A DNA stretch of 38,176 nucleotides from Planctomycetota bacterium (lineage in GTDB: Bacteria; Planctomycetota; Planctomycetia; Pirellulales; Pirellulaceae), in the NCBI GenBank assembly GCA_003695565.1, contig RFIQ01000144.1:1-38176 (forward strand). The letters run 5' to 3'. Numbering within the stretch: position 1 is the stretch's first letter; the number at the start of each line of letters is the position of its first letter. The notes under the pieces were generated by a model. The model was not told where the DNA came from and ran no database searches. It worked only from the letters and a program-made list of their open reading frames with translations. Of this stretch, positions 28,227 to 38,176 are shown in pieces. The position numbers were made by a program, and so were the translations under genes.

Positions 28227-29413
28227 CGCTTCCTCGGTCGCACGCGAAACGGAAATTTCTCATCGATGTCCGGCCACTTGGGGATGTCACCTTTGACGCG
28301 GATGGTCCACAAGATCTCGTTGTGATTGGCCTGGAACGAATGCATCGTATCGGTCGGAATGGTCACCGTCCCCGTGCCGAACCGCATTTGTTCGGGGTCT
28401 TCCGTGTTCGCGACTTCGATGGTGAGAAAATCTTCCGTGTCGGTGTAGGTGCTCGTCCCGCGCGTGTAAGTCGCTTTCTCGGTTCCCACGATGGAGACAA
28501 CGAAGCGTCGAATCCGCGCGACGTTTCCTTCCGTTTGCCAGGCCACGTCGACCTGGCCGCCCAGGGGCACGGCCGCGTTGCTGACACCGATTTCCACCAC
28601 CGGATTCCACAAGTTGAGAAATTGGTGGAGGGCAGCGGCGATCAAACCGAGCCCGACCAAAATAAAAGGCGTCAGGAACAACCACAACCACCACTCGCCT
28701 TCCTGCACGGCGATCCAAACGAAGATCGATACGATTCCATTCCAAAAAAATGCCGCGACCAACATCAGCAGGAATCTACCCCGCCGCGAGACTGCTGGTC
28801 GCAGCTTGCGCGGACCGTCGCCCAGGTCGTCCTGCGCCACTGCGGCACTACGCCGGAGGCGCGCTGCGGCTAGGGAAGCGGACGCGCCGCTCGATATGGG
28901 GCGGGCGTTCTGTTGGCCATAGCGGAACAGACCGTACCAGATGATCGCGCCCCCCACGATGATGAACAACAGCGTGAACAGACCGAACAGATTGCTCCAC
29001 GAGAAATCTCGCTGCAGGACTGCATCGGAAGGTTCTTCCGGGTCGTAGTAGCACACGGTTTGGCTGCCCACTGGAAATTCATCCAGCACTCCCTGCGCCC
29101 AGGACCGAGAGGAAGAAACTTCCAGGAACCTGCGCCGGTCCGACCGATACGTTTCTCCCGCCACCGTGTACTCGTAGGTAATCTTAGGAGAATAGGTCGT
29201 GCCATCGTCCGATCTGTGCGATTCGATTTCGACGGCGACAACGGTGCAGGGCGTCTCGGCCCACGATCGAGCGGCCAATGTCTGGCGCAACGGCACGATG
29301 AACGTGAACCAGAACGCGACGGTCCCGGCCAGGAAGAATATGGAGCCGAATACGATCAGCAGCGGCCGCCCGCAACCCGATGCTTTCGACTCGGAGATAG
29401 GTTTCGCGTTCAT
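28223..29413 (-). CDS. DUF3592 membrane protein with a C-terminal arrestin-like domain
   Basis: SWAETPCTVV...YSPKITYEYTVAGETY...VGSQTVCYYDPEEPSDAVL (DUF3592); four TM helices; GAGGTGG RBS before ATG 29413. Confidence 0.85.
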   Translation of the reverse strand: MNAKPISESKASGCGRPLLIVFGSIFFLAGTVAFWFTFIVPLRQTLAARSWAETPCTVVAVEIESHRSDDGTTYSPKITYEYTVAGETYRSDRRRFLEVSSSRSWAQGVLDEFPVGSQTVCYYDPEEPSDAVLQRDFSWSNLFGLFTLLFIIVGGAIIWYGLFRYGQQNARPISSGASASLAAARLRRSAAVAQDDLGDGPRKLRPAVSRRGRFLLMLVAAFFWNGIVSIFVWIAVQEGEWWLWLFLTPFILVGLGLIAAALHQFLNLWNPVVEIGVSNAAVPLGGQVDVAWQTEGNVARIRRFVVSIVGTEKATYTRGTSTYTDTEDFLTIEVANTEDPEQMRFGTGTVTIPTDTMHSFQANHNEILWTIRVKGDIPKWPDIDEKFPFRVRPRKR

Positions 29414-29441
29414 GATTGCCACCTCGCCAGGCCGAGAATGG

Positions 29442-30839
29442 TCAAGAGACCGGTTCGCGGAGGAGTTCCGGAATATGTTTCGTAGCGATGCCAACAGGAC
29501 GATCCAGGGGGATGCCGGCGCCCAATAATAGCGTGGTGAGCAAATCGCCTTGATTGCCGCGAACGTCGGGCAGGAAGCGGCCCGTCTGCAAGCGGCCGCC
29601 ACCGCGGCCAGCCAGGATGAACGGCAGGTTCTGGCGCGTGTGTTTGTTTCCGTCCTCCAGCCCCGATCCCCACATCATGATGCAGTTATCGAGCAATGTG
29701 CCGCCCCCTTCCTGCAAATTGGACATCTTGTTGATCATGTAGGCGAACTGTTCAATGTTGAACGCGGTGATGGCGGCCACCTTGCGGACCTTTTCCGCCT
29801 GGTTGTTATGGTGCGTGACCGAATGATGTTGGTCGCTGAATCCCAGTTCCGGGTAGGAAGCGCCGTTGGGACGGGATCCAATGTAGGTGCAGACGCGCGT
29901 CGTGTCGGTTTGAAACGCGAGCACGATCAGGTCACACATGACTTGCATGTACTCGCTACGCTTGTCCCCTTCCGGGATCTTTATTTCGATGGGCGGGGTA
30001 TCGGTGCCCCGTCGGCCTCTGGATCGGATGCCGGCTTTTTCCAATGCCGCCTCCTGCTGCCGTCGCTCGATGGCGGCGATGCGACGCTCGACTGCCCGCA
30101 CGCTGTCGAGGTACTCGTCCAGTTTGCGCCGATCAGCCGCCGGCAGCTTGCGTCGCAATTCTCGCGCACCACCGAGAACCACATCCAACATGCTGCGATC
30201 CAGCGCGTCGATCTGCGCCGCTCTCGAACCTGGCGTGACGCCATCTTTCGTTTGGAACAGGCGATTCAGCACGTTCCGCGGATTGGTTTCGGCGGGAACC
30301 GGTTGCGTCGGCGAGCGATAACTGCAGTAGGAATAATAAGCTTCGTTGAGCCCTTCTTGGTTCTCTTTCCAGTCCTGCGGCATGGTCGCCAATTCCAGCG
30401 AAGGTAGCGGCGTGAAAGCTCCGATGTAATTGGCAGCGATCTGATCCGCCGAGATGGCGATGTCAATCTCATCACGCCGCGCAGGATTGGGCAAAGTGGC
30501 TGTCAACCAGGTCGAAAGCTCCAAAGCATGCGGTGCTCCATTGAAGGGAGCGATGGGGACGCCGGAGATCCCGCGCACCACCAGGCATTGATCGAGCACC
30601 GGCCGCAGCGACTCCAGAGCAGGGGGTGGCGACGATAAGAAACTTTCCGCATCGGCCGGCCAGAACTGATCCATGATCACGCCGTGCGGCATGTACATGA
30701 AACCGAGCCGGATCGGTGGTTGGAAATCCGACTCGGCCGCCGCATCCTCCCAATCCATCGCGTCGAGCAACGGCAGGGCGAGTGCCGCTCCCACCCCCTG
30801 CAAACACGTTCGGCGATCGATCCGCACGCTGGTACTCAT
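29442..30839 (-). CDS. DUF1552 (HXXSHH) protein with a Tat signal
   Basis: [72 protein letters not shown]. Confidence 0.92.
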   Translation of the reverse strand: MSTSVRIDRRTCLQGVGAALALPLLDAMDWEDAAAESDFQPPIRLGFMYMPHGVIMDQFWPADAESFLSSPPPALESLRPVLDQCLVVRGISGVPIAPFNGAPHALELSTWLTATLPNPARRDEIDIAISADQIAANYIGAFTPLPSLELATMPQDWKENQEGLNEAYYSYCSYRSPTQPVPAETNPRNVLNRLFQTKDGVTPGSRAAQIDALDRSMLDVVLGGARELRRKLPAADRRKLDEYLDSVRAVERRIAAIERRQQEAALEKAGIRSRGRRGTDTPPIEIKIPEGDKRSEYMQVMCDLIVLAFQTDTTRVCTYIGSRPNGASYPELGFSDQHHSVTHHNNQAEKVRKVAAITAFNIEQFAYMINKMSNLQEGGGTLLDNCIMMWGSGLEDGNKHTRQNLPFILAGRGGGRLQTGRFLPDVRGNQGDLLTTLLLGAGIPLDRPVGIATKHIPELLREPVS

Positions 30840-32812
30840 GGGATGTCCCTTTCTTCTTTGACCCGACGATGGGTAAACGGATAACTGGTGACCACCGCGC
30901 GAATCACCGCCTGCGCGCGGTACTCCTGCTGCGCAATGTCTTGCATCATTGAATCGACTACGACTTCGTCATATCCTTCGAGCCGTCGACACAGGGCGTA
31001 GGCCAGCAGGCGACGAACGAAATTGCGAACGAATTGCTCCCGGTGACTGGCGATGGCAGCCTTCAGTTCCCGGGGGCTGGAAAAGCGGGTGCCATCGGGT
31101 AGTTCTCCAGCCGCATCGATAGAATGGCCGTTGGCATCCACGTCACGCCAACGTCCGATGGCGTCAAAGTTCTCCAGACCGAAGCCGATGGGGTCCAGGA
31201 TCCGGTGGCAATTGGCGCAGACGGCGTTGGTACGGTGCAACTCCGTCCGTTCACGCAGCGTCAAACCGGCCACGGCCTGCGGATCCTGATTCTCCAGGGC
31301 AGGAACATCCGGCGGTGGCGAGGGAACGACCTCTCCCAGGATCCGCTCGAGTACCCATACGCCGCGTTTCACCGGACTGGTTCGAGTGGGCAACGATGTA
31401 GCGGCCAGGATGCCCGGCATTCCCAGCAGACCGCCGCGGTTTGCATCCGACAAGCGGACCTTCCGCAGCTTCGGCCCGTCAACTGCCCCCTCCATCCCGT
31501 AGATCGCCGCCAGGTCTGCATTCAGGAACGTATAGTCGCCCTCGATCAATTCGATCAGGCTGCGGTTCTGGCGTACAACAACATCGAATACCAGACGAAT
31601 TTCTTCATACATGCTGCGACGCAGTCCAGCCGTCATCTGCGGAAATCTCTCTGCATCGAACGTCCTCGTCGGCAGATCGGTCACGCCAAGCCACTGCGCC
31701 CCGAAACCATCGAAGATCGCTCGGCTGCGGGGATCCGCCAGCATACGGTCGACTTGTGCCTCCAGGGTCGCGCGTGCGTGCAGGTCACCGCGATCGGCCA
31801 GCCCCATCAATTTCTCGTCCGGCATCGTCGCCCACAGGAAGTACGCCAGGCGGGACGCGAGGTGGTAGTCATCCAATGGTACAATTTGTTGCTCGGAGTC
31901 AACCTCTCTGGCCGGAGTAATGAACAGGAACTGGGGTGAAACGAGCATAGCCTTGATCATCAGACCGGTCGCGGCCACGTCGCCCAGCCCATTCTGTTTG
32001 CCAAGCTCGAACACGTTCAACAGCACATCGAGCTCCTGGTCGCTGGGTGGTCGCCGATAGGCCCGTTTGGCGAACCTCGCAGCAAAGGCTCGAATCTCCG
32101 CGGGACTGTCGAGGGCGGTAGCGGGTCGATCACCGAGCAGGCCTACTTGGAACCCGGTCGGTGGCCGGTCGTCGGCGGCCCAGACCTGATCCAGAACCCG
32201 ATTGGCAATCCCCAGATACTGCTCCATTTGCATGGGAGAAATGGAATTGAGAAAACCCTCTCCGCTGACCTCGTCCGGCAGATCCGCGGCGATCGATCGC
32301 GGGACACCAAACAGATCTCGCAATGTATTGCTATACTCCAACCTGGTTAATCGGCGAATCACGAACGGGCCGGGATCGGGCGGATTGAGGTACTTGACGT
32401 GCTCCAGCCATTGACGGAACGACTCTCTCTCCTGATCGGTCGGCTGTTCCATGTCCTCGGGCGGCATGTCGTGTGCCGTGACTCGGGCCACCGCTTTTTT
32501 CCAAAGCTCGGTAAACGCAGCGTGCCCGGGCGCCTTGAGGGCGGGGGAAAAATTGACTCCCGCCTCAGTCGGTCGGCTATTCTGATGACATTCCAGGCAA
32601 TAGGATTTAATGAATGGTGCGATCTGTTCGCGGAAGAATTTCTCGGCCTCCGCCTTGCGTGCGGGCAGCGGAGCGGGCGATTGCTGGTCGGCCAAACTCG
32701 CTCGACTCGAAAAGCAGGCTGAGATGAGCATCAGCATGACTGTCCCGGCCTGCAGCGCGTCCCTTCGCCAGGCACCTGCGGCCCTTTCGATGCTGAAGAC
32801 ACCATCGCTCAT
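30836..32812 (-). CDS. Planctomycete cytochrome c / DUF1587-DUF1592-DUF1588-DUF1585 (PSD) protein
   Basis: [77 protein letters not shown]; AAAGGAG RBS before ATG 32812. Confidence 0.92.
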   Translation of the reverse strand: MSDGVFSIERAAGAWRRDALQAGTVMLMLISACFSSRASLADQQSPAPLPARKAEAEKFFREQIAPFIKSYCLECHQNSRPTEAGVNFSPALKAPGHAAFTELWKKAVARVTAHDMPPEDMEQPTDQERESFRQWLEHVKYLNPPDPGPFVIRRLTRLEYSNTLRDLFGVPRSIAADLPDEVSGEGFLNSISPMQMEQYLGIANRVLDQVWAADDRPPTGFQVGLLGDRPATALDSPAEIRAFAARFAKRAYRRPPSDQELDVLLNVFELGKQNGLGDVAATGLMIKAMLVSPQFLFITPAREVDSEQQIVPLDDYHLASRLAYFLWATMPDEKLMGLADRGDLHARATLEAQVDRMLADPRSRAIFDGFGAQWLGVTDLPTRTFDAERFPQMTAGLRRSMYEEIRLVFDVVVRQNRSLIELIEGDYTFLNADLAAIYGMEGAVDGPKLRKVRLSDANRGGLLGMPGILAATSLPTRTSPVKRGVWVLERILGEVVPSPPPDVPALENQDPQAVAGLTLRERTELHRTNAVCANCHRILDPIGFGLENFDAIGRWRDVDANGHSIDAAGELPDGTRFSSPRELKAAIASHREQFVRNFVRRLLAYALCRRLEGYDEVVVDSMMQDIAQQEYRAQAVIRAVVTSYPFTHRRVKEERDIP

Positions 32813-33103
32813 CGTTTCTCCTTTATCGTCCACCGGTGCGCAGGAGGGGGGCCAGCACGAGTTCGGTCGGCAGAACTCCACGCAAGACTCTGCCGCCGAT
32901 CGGCACGCTGGACGGCACCAGCGAATCGAATTGGGTACGCCAAACAGCCACTCTAGCGATCGGGTGGGAATCCAATGCAGGCAGGTTCGTTCTTCATCCA
33001 GGTGGGCTGTGGGCATTCAGCATACCAATTGGCGGGCAGCATCTCAAATGTCGGTTTTGGATTTTCGCGCCTGCAACACGCACTTTGCAAAGTAGAGGTC
33101 TCG

Positions 33104-34729
33104 ATGCGTACAGCAAACCCGTCGCCCCTTGGTCACGTTCGAACCGGTGCTCGCAGGCCCAAGAAATGCCGGACGGCACGTGGCATTCAGGTGCATGCGT
33201 ACGCTCGCATACCCCCGGGAGCCAATGGGCCCGTCACTTTATCGGGGCCCTTGCCGGTTTGGGGCAGAGAGGGGCTTTTTTACCTCCTTTTCATTGGGCT
33301 GCTTTTGTTCCTTTCGCAGCCATGTCATCCGCAAAACCCATCCAGATGGAACGTATTGTTCATCGCCGTGGATGACATGCGAGTCGACTTGGGTTGCTAC
33401 GGAAATCCGCTCGTCCAGACCCCGAATCTGGACCGGCTGGCCCAGCGCTCGACGCTCTTCCAGAGAGCGTACTGTCAGCAGGCGGTGTGCAATCCATCGC
33501 GGGCCTCCCTGTTGACAGGTCGGCGCCCCGACACCATCGGCGTCATCGATCTGCCGACACACTTTCGGGAGAACAATCCCGACATCGTCACCCTGCCGCA
33601 GTGGTTCAAGATGCACGGGTATTTCACCCGGAACATTGGCAAGATCTTCCACAACTGGCGACAAGACGATTACCGGGGCGATCCCGAGTCCTGGAGCGTG
33701 CCTGCTGAGATGCACTACAACTCCCACGGCAATGACACGCCACAGACCGACACACCCCTGCCACCAGATTTGTCGGGCGTACCCCGCACGGAAATCCGAG
33801 ATGTTCCCGACGAGGCATATTTCGATGGACGAATCGCTAGCCGAGCCGTTGAGGCACTCGAAGAATTGCGGACCAGTCGGGATCCGTTTTTCCTGGCCGT
33901 GGGTTTTTGGAAGCCCCACGCTCCCTTCAATGCACCCAAACGTTATTGGGATCGGTATCCGCGCCAGACGATTCTCTTTCCGCACAATCCGGCACCGCCG
34001 ATTGGTGTTCCCTCTATCGCCTTGCACGACTCTCGCGAAATCCTGCGGGGGTTTCGCGATCGGCCGGGCGGTGTCCCAACTCCAGAGGAAGTCATCACGC
34101 TACGCCATGGCTACTATGCGGCCATCAGCTACGTGGACGCCCAGATCGGGCGCGTCCTCGACGCCTTGGATGCAAATGGTCTCACCAGTTCAACCATCGT
34201 CGTGTTTTGGTCCGATCACGGATACCACTTGGGAGAACACGGTCTATGGGCCAAGACTTCGAATTTCGAGCTGGACACGCATGTACCGCTGATGATCGCC
34301 GAAGCAGGCCAGGAGCAAAGCCAACGCATCGAATCGTTGGTCGAGTTGCTGGATGTGTTTCCGACCCTAACCGCCATGTGCGGGTTGCCGCAGCCCGTTG
34401 GATTGGAGGGAAAGGATCTGCAGCCCCTGATCCGCACCGACGTGGAGTCCCCGATCCATGGCGCGGTCTACAGCCAACATACTCGCCCGGCCTATCCTCC
34501 GGCCGGGGCCGGCCCCGAAGCGATGGGGTACTCGATGCGTACCGATCGCTTCCGCTACACCGAGTGGCGCGACTATCGCACCGGTGCCATCCTCGCCCAG
34601 GAACTCTACGACCACCTGCGCGATCCCGGTGAGTCGTACAATCTGGCCATCGATCCAACGCACGCGTCGCTGCTGACCTACTTTTCCCGTCGCATGGCTA
34701 GCGATTTGCGATTATCCGCCTTCGATTGA
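33104..34729 (+). CDS. Sulfatase, iduronate-2-sulfatase-like
   Basis: NVLFIAVDDMR, YCQQAVCNPSRASLLTG, GKIFH, FFLAVGFWKPHAPF, WSDHGYHLGEHGLWAK; start uncertain (33104 or further downstream). Confidence 0.92.
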   Translation: MRTANPSPLGHVRTGARRPKKCRTARGIQVHAYARIPPGANGPVTLSGPLPVWGREGLFYLLFIGLLLFLSQPCHPQNPSRWNVLFIAVDDMRVDLGCYGNPLVQTPNLDRLAQRSTLFQRAYCQQAVCNPSRASLLTGRRPDTIGVIDLPTHFRENNPDIVTLPQWFKMHGYFTRNIGKIFHNWRQDDYRGDPESWSVPAEMHYNSHGNDTPQTDTPLPPDLSGVPRTEIRDVPDEAYFDGRIASRAVEALEELRTSRDPFFLAVGFWKPHAPFNAPKRYWDRYPRQTILFPHNPAPPIGVPSIALHDSREILRGFRDRPGGVPTPEEVITLRHGYYAAISYVDAQIGRVLDALDANGLTSSTIVVFWSDHGYHLGEHGLWAKTSNFELDTHVPLMIAEAGQEQSQRIESLVELLDVFPTLTAMCGLPQPVGLEGKDLQPLIRTDVESPIHGAVYSQHTRPAYPPAGAGPEAMGYSMRTDRFRYTEWRDYRTGAILAQELYDHLRDPGESYNLAIDPTHASLLTYFSRRMASDLRLSAFD

Positions 34730-34812
34730 GCCAATCGCGCGGGGCGGTTGTTCGTGGCCATCGCTGTACGTTTGGTCCCTTGGGGCATGATACATCCGTG
34801 GAATGCGCCGCG

Positions 34813-35760
34813 CTACTCCAGCCGCCGGGCCAGCCGCAATCCCCACGGGCGATAACGTCGCCGCGGGTCGATCCACCGTGCGCGGAAGCGAATCCACTGC
34901 CGGCGCAGCCACGCATAGAACGCCTTCGGAAGCACTCGCCAGGCCAACCGGCTCAACCACCAACGCGGGGCTGTCTCGTCACTGGCCAGCGGCTGCTGCG
35001 CAAATTCCGCGTAAGTTGCATCGTAGGCCGATTGCGTCGGAATCGCGTCGGCCGTCGATTCGTGGGTCTTCGTGGCCACGCAGTAGACGACCATGCGACG
35101 GCGGCTGTGAGAGTACATCAGCAGCGGTTGGTGCGCTGGATCCAGCTCATACAAGTCGATGCGCCCGGCAACGTCTCCCCGGAGTCGTTCGTCTCCCACA
35201 TAAACATGGAGATCGTCGAAGCGATTGGCGCGATAATAATCGGCATACAGGGTAGGGCTGATTTGATAAAAGCCATGATTCACATAATTGTTCGCAGGAT
35301 TCATATGCACCACCCGACCGCCGGGACGGAGCATCCTGGCCAGATTGGACAGCGAACACGGTATATTGAAAACATGTTCCAACGTTCCCGCATCGATGAT
35401 CACGTCGAATCGTTCGTAGAGCTCTTCGGCCACCGGTTGGTTCAAATCTGCGAGAATGGTGGCTCCCTCATAGTCGCTGTAATCCATTGCTAAACACTCG
35501 TCGACCCCCAGCAGGCTGAAGAATGCCACGTCGCTGGTAAAACGCTCGCGCGGCGTACCGCGCCAGTGCGGTATGTTCGTCGCCCGCTCCAGAGGCGGAA
35601 TTCTCTCCTGCGGTGTGATTCCCTCTTGCCGCAGCATGGTTACACACTCGTCATACGTCGCGTAAACGCACTGGCGGCCGAGCGTAACCACCGACCCGGA
35701 AAAGGGGCGGCGTTTGTGTTCCTGAATGAGAAAACGCAATGCTGGTTTGGGAAGTCCCAT
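34813..35760 (-). CDS. Class I SAM-dependent methyltransferase
   Basis: TLGRQ, MDYSDYEGA, DLNQPV, FDVIIDAGTLEHVFN, LRPGGRVVH, NHGFYQISP. Confidence 0.85.
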   Translation of the reverse strand: MGLPKPALRFLIQEHKRRPFSGSVVTLGRQCVYATYDECVTMLRQEGITPQERIPPLERATNIPHWRGTPRERFTSDVAFFSLLGVDECLAMDYSDYEGATILADLNQPVAEELYERFDVIIDAGTLEHVFNIPCSLSNLARMLRPGGRVVHMNPANNYVNHGFYQISPTLYADYYRANRFDDLHVYVGDERLRGDVAGRIDLYELDPAHQPLLMYSHSRRRMVVYCVATKTHESTADAIPTQSAYDATYAEFAQQPLASDETAPRWWLSRLAWRVLPKAFYAWLRRQWIRFRARWIDPRRRYRPWGLRLARRLE

Positions 35761-35957
35761 GATGCGATCTTCACGTCGGGGGCTCTTGAGAAGCAACGTT
35801 CGACGGCACTGGATGCCACCAGGCCAGGGTGTCAAGTCTCCCGCCAGCAACCACACCGGTCAACAGCCTGCGCATGATCAAGCGCCAAGCGTGACAGACT
35901 GAGAGAAAACAGAGGCATTTGAAAGGGAAAATGCAGTCTTTCTTGCACCAAGCAGTT

Positions 35958-35963
35958 ATTATA
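35958..35963 (-). promoter_or_regulatory. Possible -10 element (TATAAT) for the methyltransferase gene
   Basis: Perfect TATAAT on the minus strand in an AT-rich divergent intergenic region; no convincing -35. Confidence 0.3.
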
Positions 35964-36016
35964 GACACCGAGAACCGTGGTCGGCCACTCTACCCGTCTC
36001 CCGCGAGCCGTCTTTG

Positions 36017-37858
36017 ATGCACCGATTTCGCCCCTCTTTGGAACCTCTGGAACAGCGCCGTGTCCTGGCATCGATTGCTGGGACGGTATCGATCGATCTG
36101 GATGGCAACCATCATCGGGATGACACCGATGCCCCGGTAGTCGGAGCGCTGGTGTGGGTAGATCAAAACCGCAATGGGCGATTCGACGTCGGCGAGCCGT
36201 CCGATTACAGCGATCGTAATGGCGACTACCTGCTGAACGACATCGCCCCTGGTGAAGCTTGGGTCCGAGCCGCCATGCCGGTGGGACTGATTCAAACGTT
36301 CCCTTACGAACATGTGGCCATGCAGTACGATTCTGCAACCGACAACTTCCGGCTGGCCAGGATCGATTCGGTGACGGGCGAAGTCACAGGGTTGGGAGAC
36401 GCCGGCGGAAGCAACCGATTCGGATTGATCAAGACCGTCGACGGCGAATACTACGCCACCGATTTTCGGGACGACACCCTGCACAAGATCGACCCCCTGA
36501 CCGGACAGCAGACGCTCATCGGTACATTCGATCAACAAGTCGTCGCCGGCCTGGCATACGATCCGTTGATGGATGAAATCTACACGCTGGCGCGGCCCAA
36601 CGACGATGGCGATCCAGTGGCGGCGTTGCGATTGTTCAAAGTCGACCGGACGTCGGCGGCCCTGACACCGGTTTCAGACATTCAACCGAGCATCGACGGG
36701 ATCGAGTTCACCACATCAATGGCGTTCGACTGGGTGAATCGGCAAGTCGTGTTGTTCGACAACGGCACCGATACGGCCTACGCGTACGACCTGCAAGGAG
36801 AAATACGGCAACTCGGCACCTTCGCGCCGCAGGACGGCTTTTTTAACCTCGTCTTCGACGGCTTTCGCTTCTTGGCACATCGTACGGTGCAGGGCAACAG
36901 CGTGCTGTTCGAAGTCGATCCTGTCGCCGGTACCTTGACGCAACTTGTTTCCTTGAATGCGCCGCTGAACGTGAATTCGGCCGACCGGCTGGCAACCAAC
37001 GAGCCGCAGCGGGTAGCGGTACCCGACCCGCAATCGGAAACTGCTGCAATCGACTTTCTCGCCACCAAACTGGTAATCGACAGCGCGCAGCTCAACGTGC
37101 AATCCGATCAGATGCACCTTGTTGTTCCATCCATGCAACTGGACACGAGCTCCAGTCTGGGAGACGCGTCGACCGAAGCGCGGTTTTGTGTGGCCGGGGC
37201 GAGCCATGTCGACCTGCAACTTTCCGACACCTCCACCCGGAGCATGCAAGTCGCGTTGGGCGACGACCCGGACCGCCTTTCACTCCGACAGACTGCCTTT
37301 GCCGATTGGCCTCAATTGAACATCGACCTGGGGCCTGGACATGACGGCCTGCTGATCGACGCTGCGGAAACTCTCTCTTTGCCGGGCATTGCCAATCGGC
37401 TCAGCGGCATCGATGAGATCCAGCTAGTCGGACCGCAAGTGACGACCATCGAGATCGATGAGTCCGCCGTGGCAGCCATTTCCGATGCCCAAGCCCTGAC
37501 CGTGCGATTGGGGGCTGAGGACCACTTGCAACTGGGCGACGGTCAGTGGGCGGCTCGGGGCATTGAGCTGCGAGACAACCAACGTCTGCACGCGATTGCT
37601 ACCGACCAGGTGATGCTCTCGGTGCGCAATGGCACGCCTTGGCACAATCCGCTGGAGCGATTTGACGTGAATTCGGATGGATCCATCACACCGTTGGACG
37701 CCCTGCTAATTATCAACATGATCAATCGCACCTCGCCATCGGCCCTGGACGAATCCGTTTCCGAATTCCTCACTGCGCCTTACATCGACACCAACGGCGA
37801 CAACGCTCTCTCCCCCATCGACGTACTCCTTGTCGTTAACCACCTCAATCGCACTTAA
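36017..37858 (+). CDS. Planctomycete extracellular protein with SdrD-B-like, beta-propeller-like and C-terminal dockerin type I domains
   Basis: N-terminal LEPLEQRRVLA; WVDQNRNGRFDVGEP...DRNGDYLL; LHKIDPLTG and LFEVDPVAG blade repeats; DVNSDGSITPLDALLIIN and DTNGDNALSPIDVLLVVN. Confidence 0.88.
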   Translation: MHRFRPSLEPLEQRRVLASIAGTVSIDLDGNHHRDDTDAPVVGALVWVDQNRNGRFDVGEPSDYSDRNGDYLLNDIAPGEAWVRAAMPVGLIQTFPYEHVAMQYDSATDNFRLARIDSVTGEVTGLGDAGGSNRFGLIKTVDGEYYATDFRDDTLHKIDPLTGQQTLIGTFDQQVVAGLAYDPLMDEIYTLARPNDDGDPVAALRLFKVDRTSAALTPVSDIQPSIDGIEFTTSMAFDWVNRQVVLFDNGTDTAYAYDLQGEIRQLGTFAPQDGFFNLVFDGFRFLAHRTVQGNSVLFEVDPVAGTLTQLVSLNAPLNVNSADRLATNEPQRVAVPDPQSETAAIDFLATKLVIDSAQLNVQSDQMHLVVPSMQLDTSSSLGDASTEARFCVAGASHVDLQLSDTSTRSMQVALGDDPDRLSLRQTAFADWPQLNIDLGPGHDGLLIDAAETLSLPGIANRLSGIDEIQLVGPQVTTIEIDESAVAAISDAQALTVRLGAEDHLQLGDGQWAARGIELRDNQRLHAIATDQVMLSVRNGTPWHNPLERFDVNSDGSITPLDALLIINMINRTSPSALDESVSEFLTAPYIDTNGDNALSPIDVLLVVNHLNRT

Positions 37859-37991
37859 CCGCCCCGAACATCGCTTGCCCAGCCGCCCCAGGGCGAGGTC
37901 TTGTCGATCCCGTTTGCCGCAGGTAAGGCTTGGTTGGAGTGATAGGCCACGTGCAATCGATCCACGGCGGGACGCTGGCTACGACGAGGGC

Positions 37992-38012
37992 GTCCCTTTC
38001 GGCGAAAGGGAC
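37992..38012. repeat. Perfect hairpin GTCCCTTTC-GGC-GAAAGGGAC (REP-like)
   Basis: 9-bp perfect stem with a 3-nt loop, adjoining repeat copy 2. Confidence 0.7.
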
Positions 38013-38176
38013 CCACGTGCCCTGCATCCGCCGGATGCAGGTCTGGCAATTGCATGAGATCGGGCAGTCCCATTTGCCATACGTATCCGAATCCGCGATT
38101 CTCAAGAGCCCCCTCCCGGCGGCGGCGTGAAGGAGGCGCGAAGGGGAATCAGCGATTGCACGCGCGATCTCCCGCG
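38003..38176 (-). repeat. Structured dispersed repeat, copy 2 (inverted relative to 180-355; runs to the window end)
   Basis: The reverse complement matches 180-227 at 44 of 48 nt, plus the further conserved blocks listed for copy 1. Confidence 0.9.

Overview
GC-rich bacterial DNA, very likely a planctomycete of the Pirellulaceae type. This rests on a DUF1559/H-X9-DG protein, a DUF1552/DUF1592 (PSD) pair, a planctomycete extracellular plus dockerin protein and two sulfatases. The left half holds a minus-strand respiratory operon of about 15 kb: alternative complex III (actA, actB, actC, fused actDE, actF, actG-like), then sco and an A2-type caa3 cytochrome c oxidase (subunits II, I, III, IV). 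It is followed by a HEAT-repeat gene and a secreted DNase I-like gene. The right half is accessory. It has a truncated ECF sigma remnant, a sulfatase-LamG gene, and a putatively Tat-exported double nitrilase coupled to a large nucleoside-hydrolase-like/CBM/GH-like fusion. After DUF2177 come a five-gene run (PSD cytochrome, DUF1552, DUF3592 with an arrestin-like domain, a free arrestin-like protein, an AAA+ ATPase), a second sulfatase, a methyltransferase and a dockerin protein. Both ends of the window carry diverged, inverted copies of a structured non-coding element of about 175 bp, with conserved blocks around a variable 33-35 nt core. All family assignments come from recognising motifs by eye; no searches were run.
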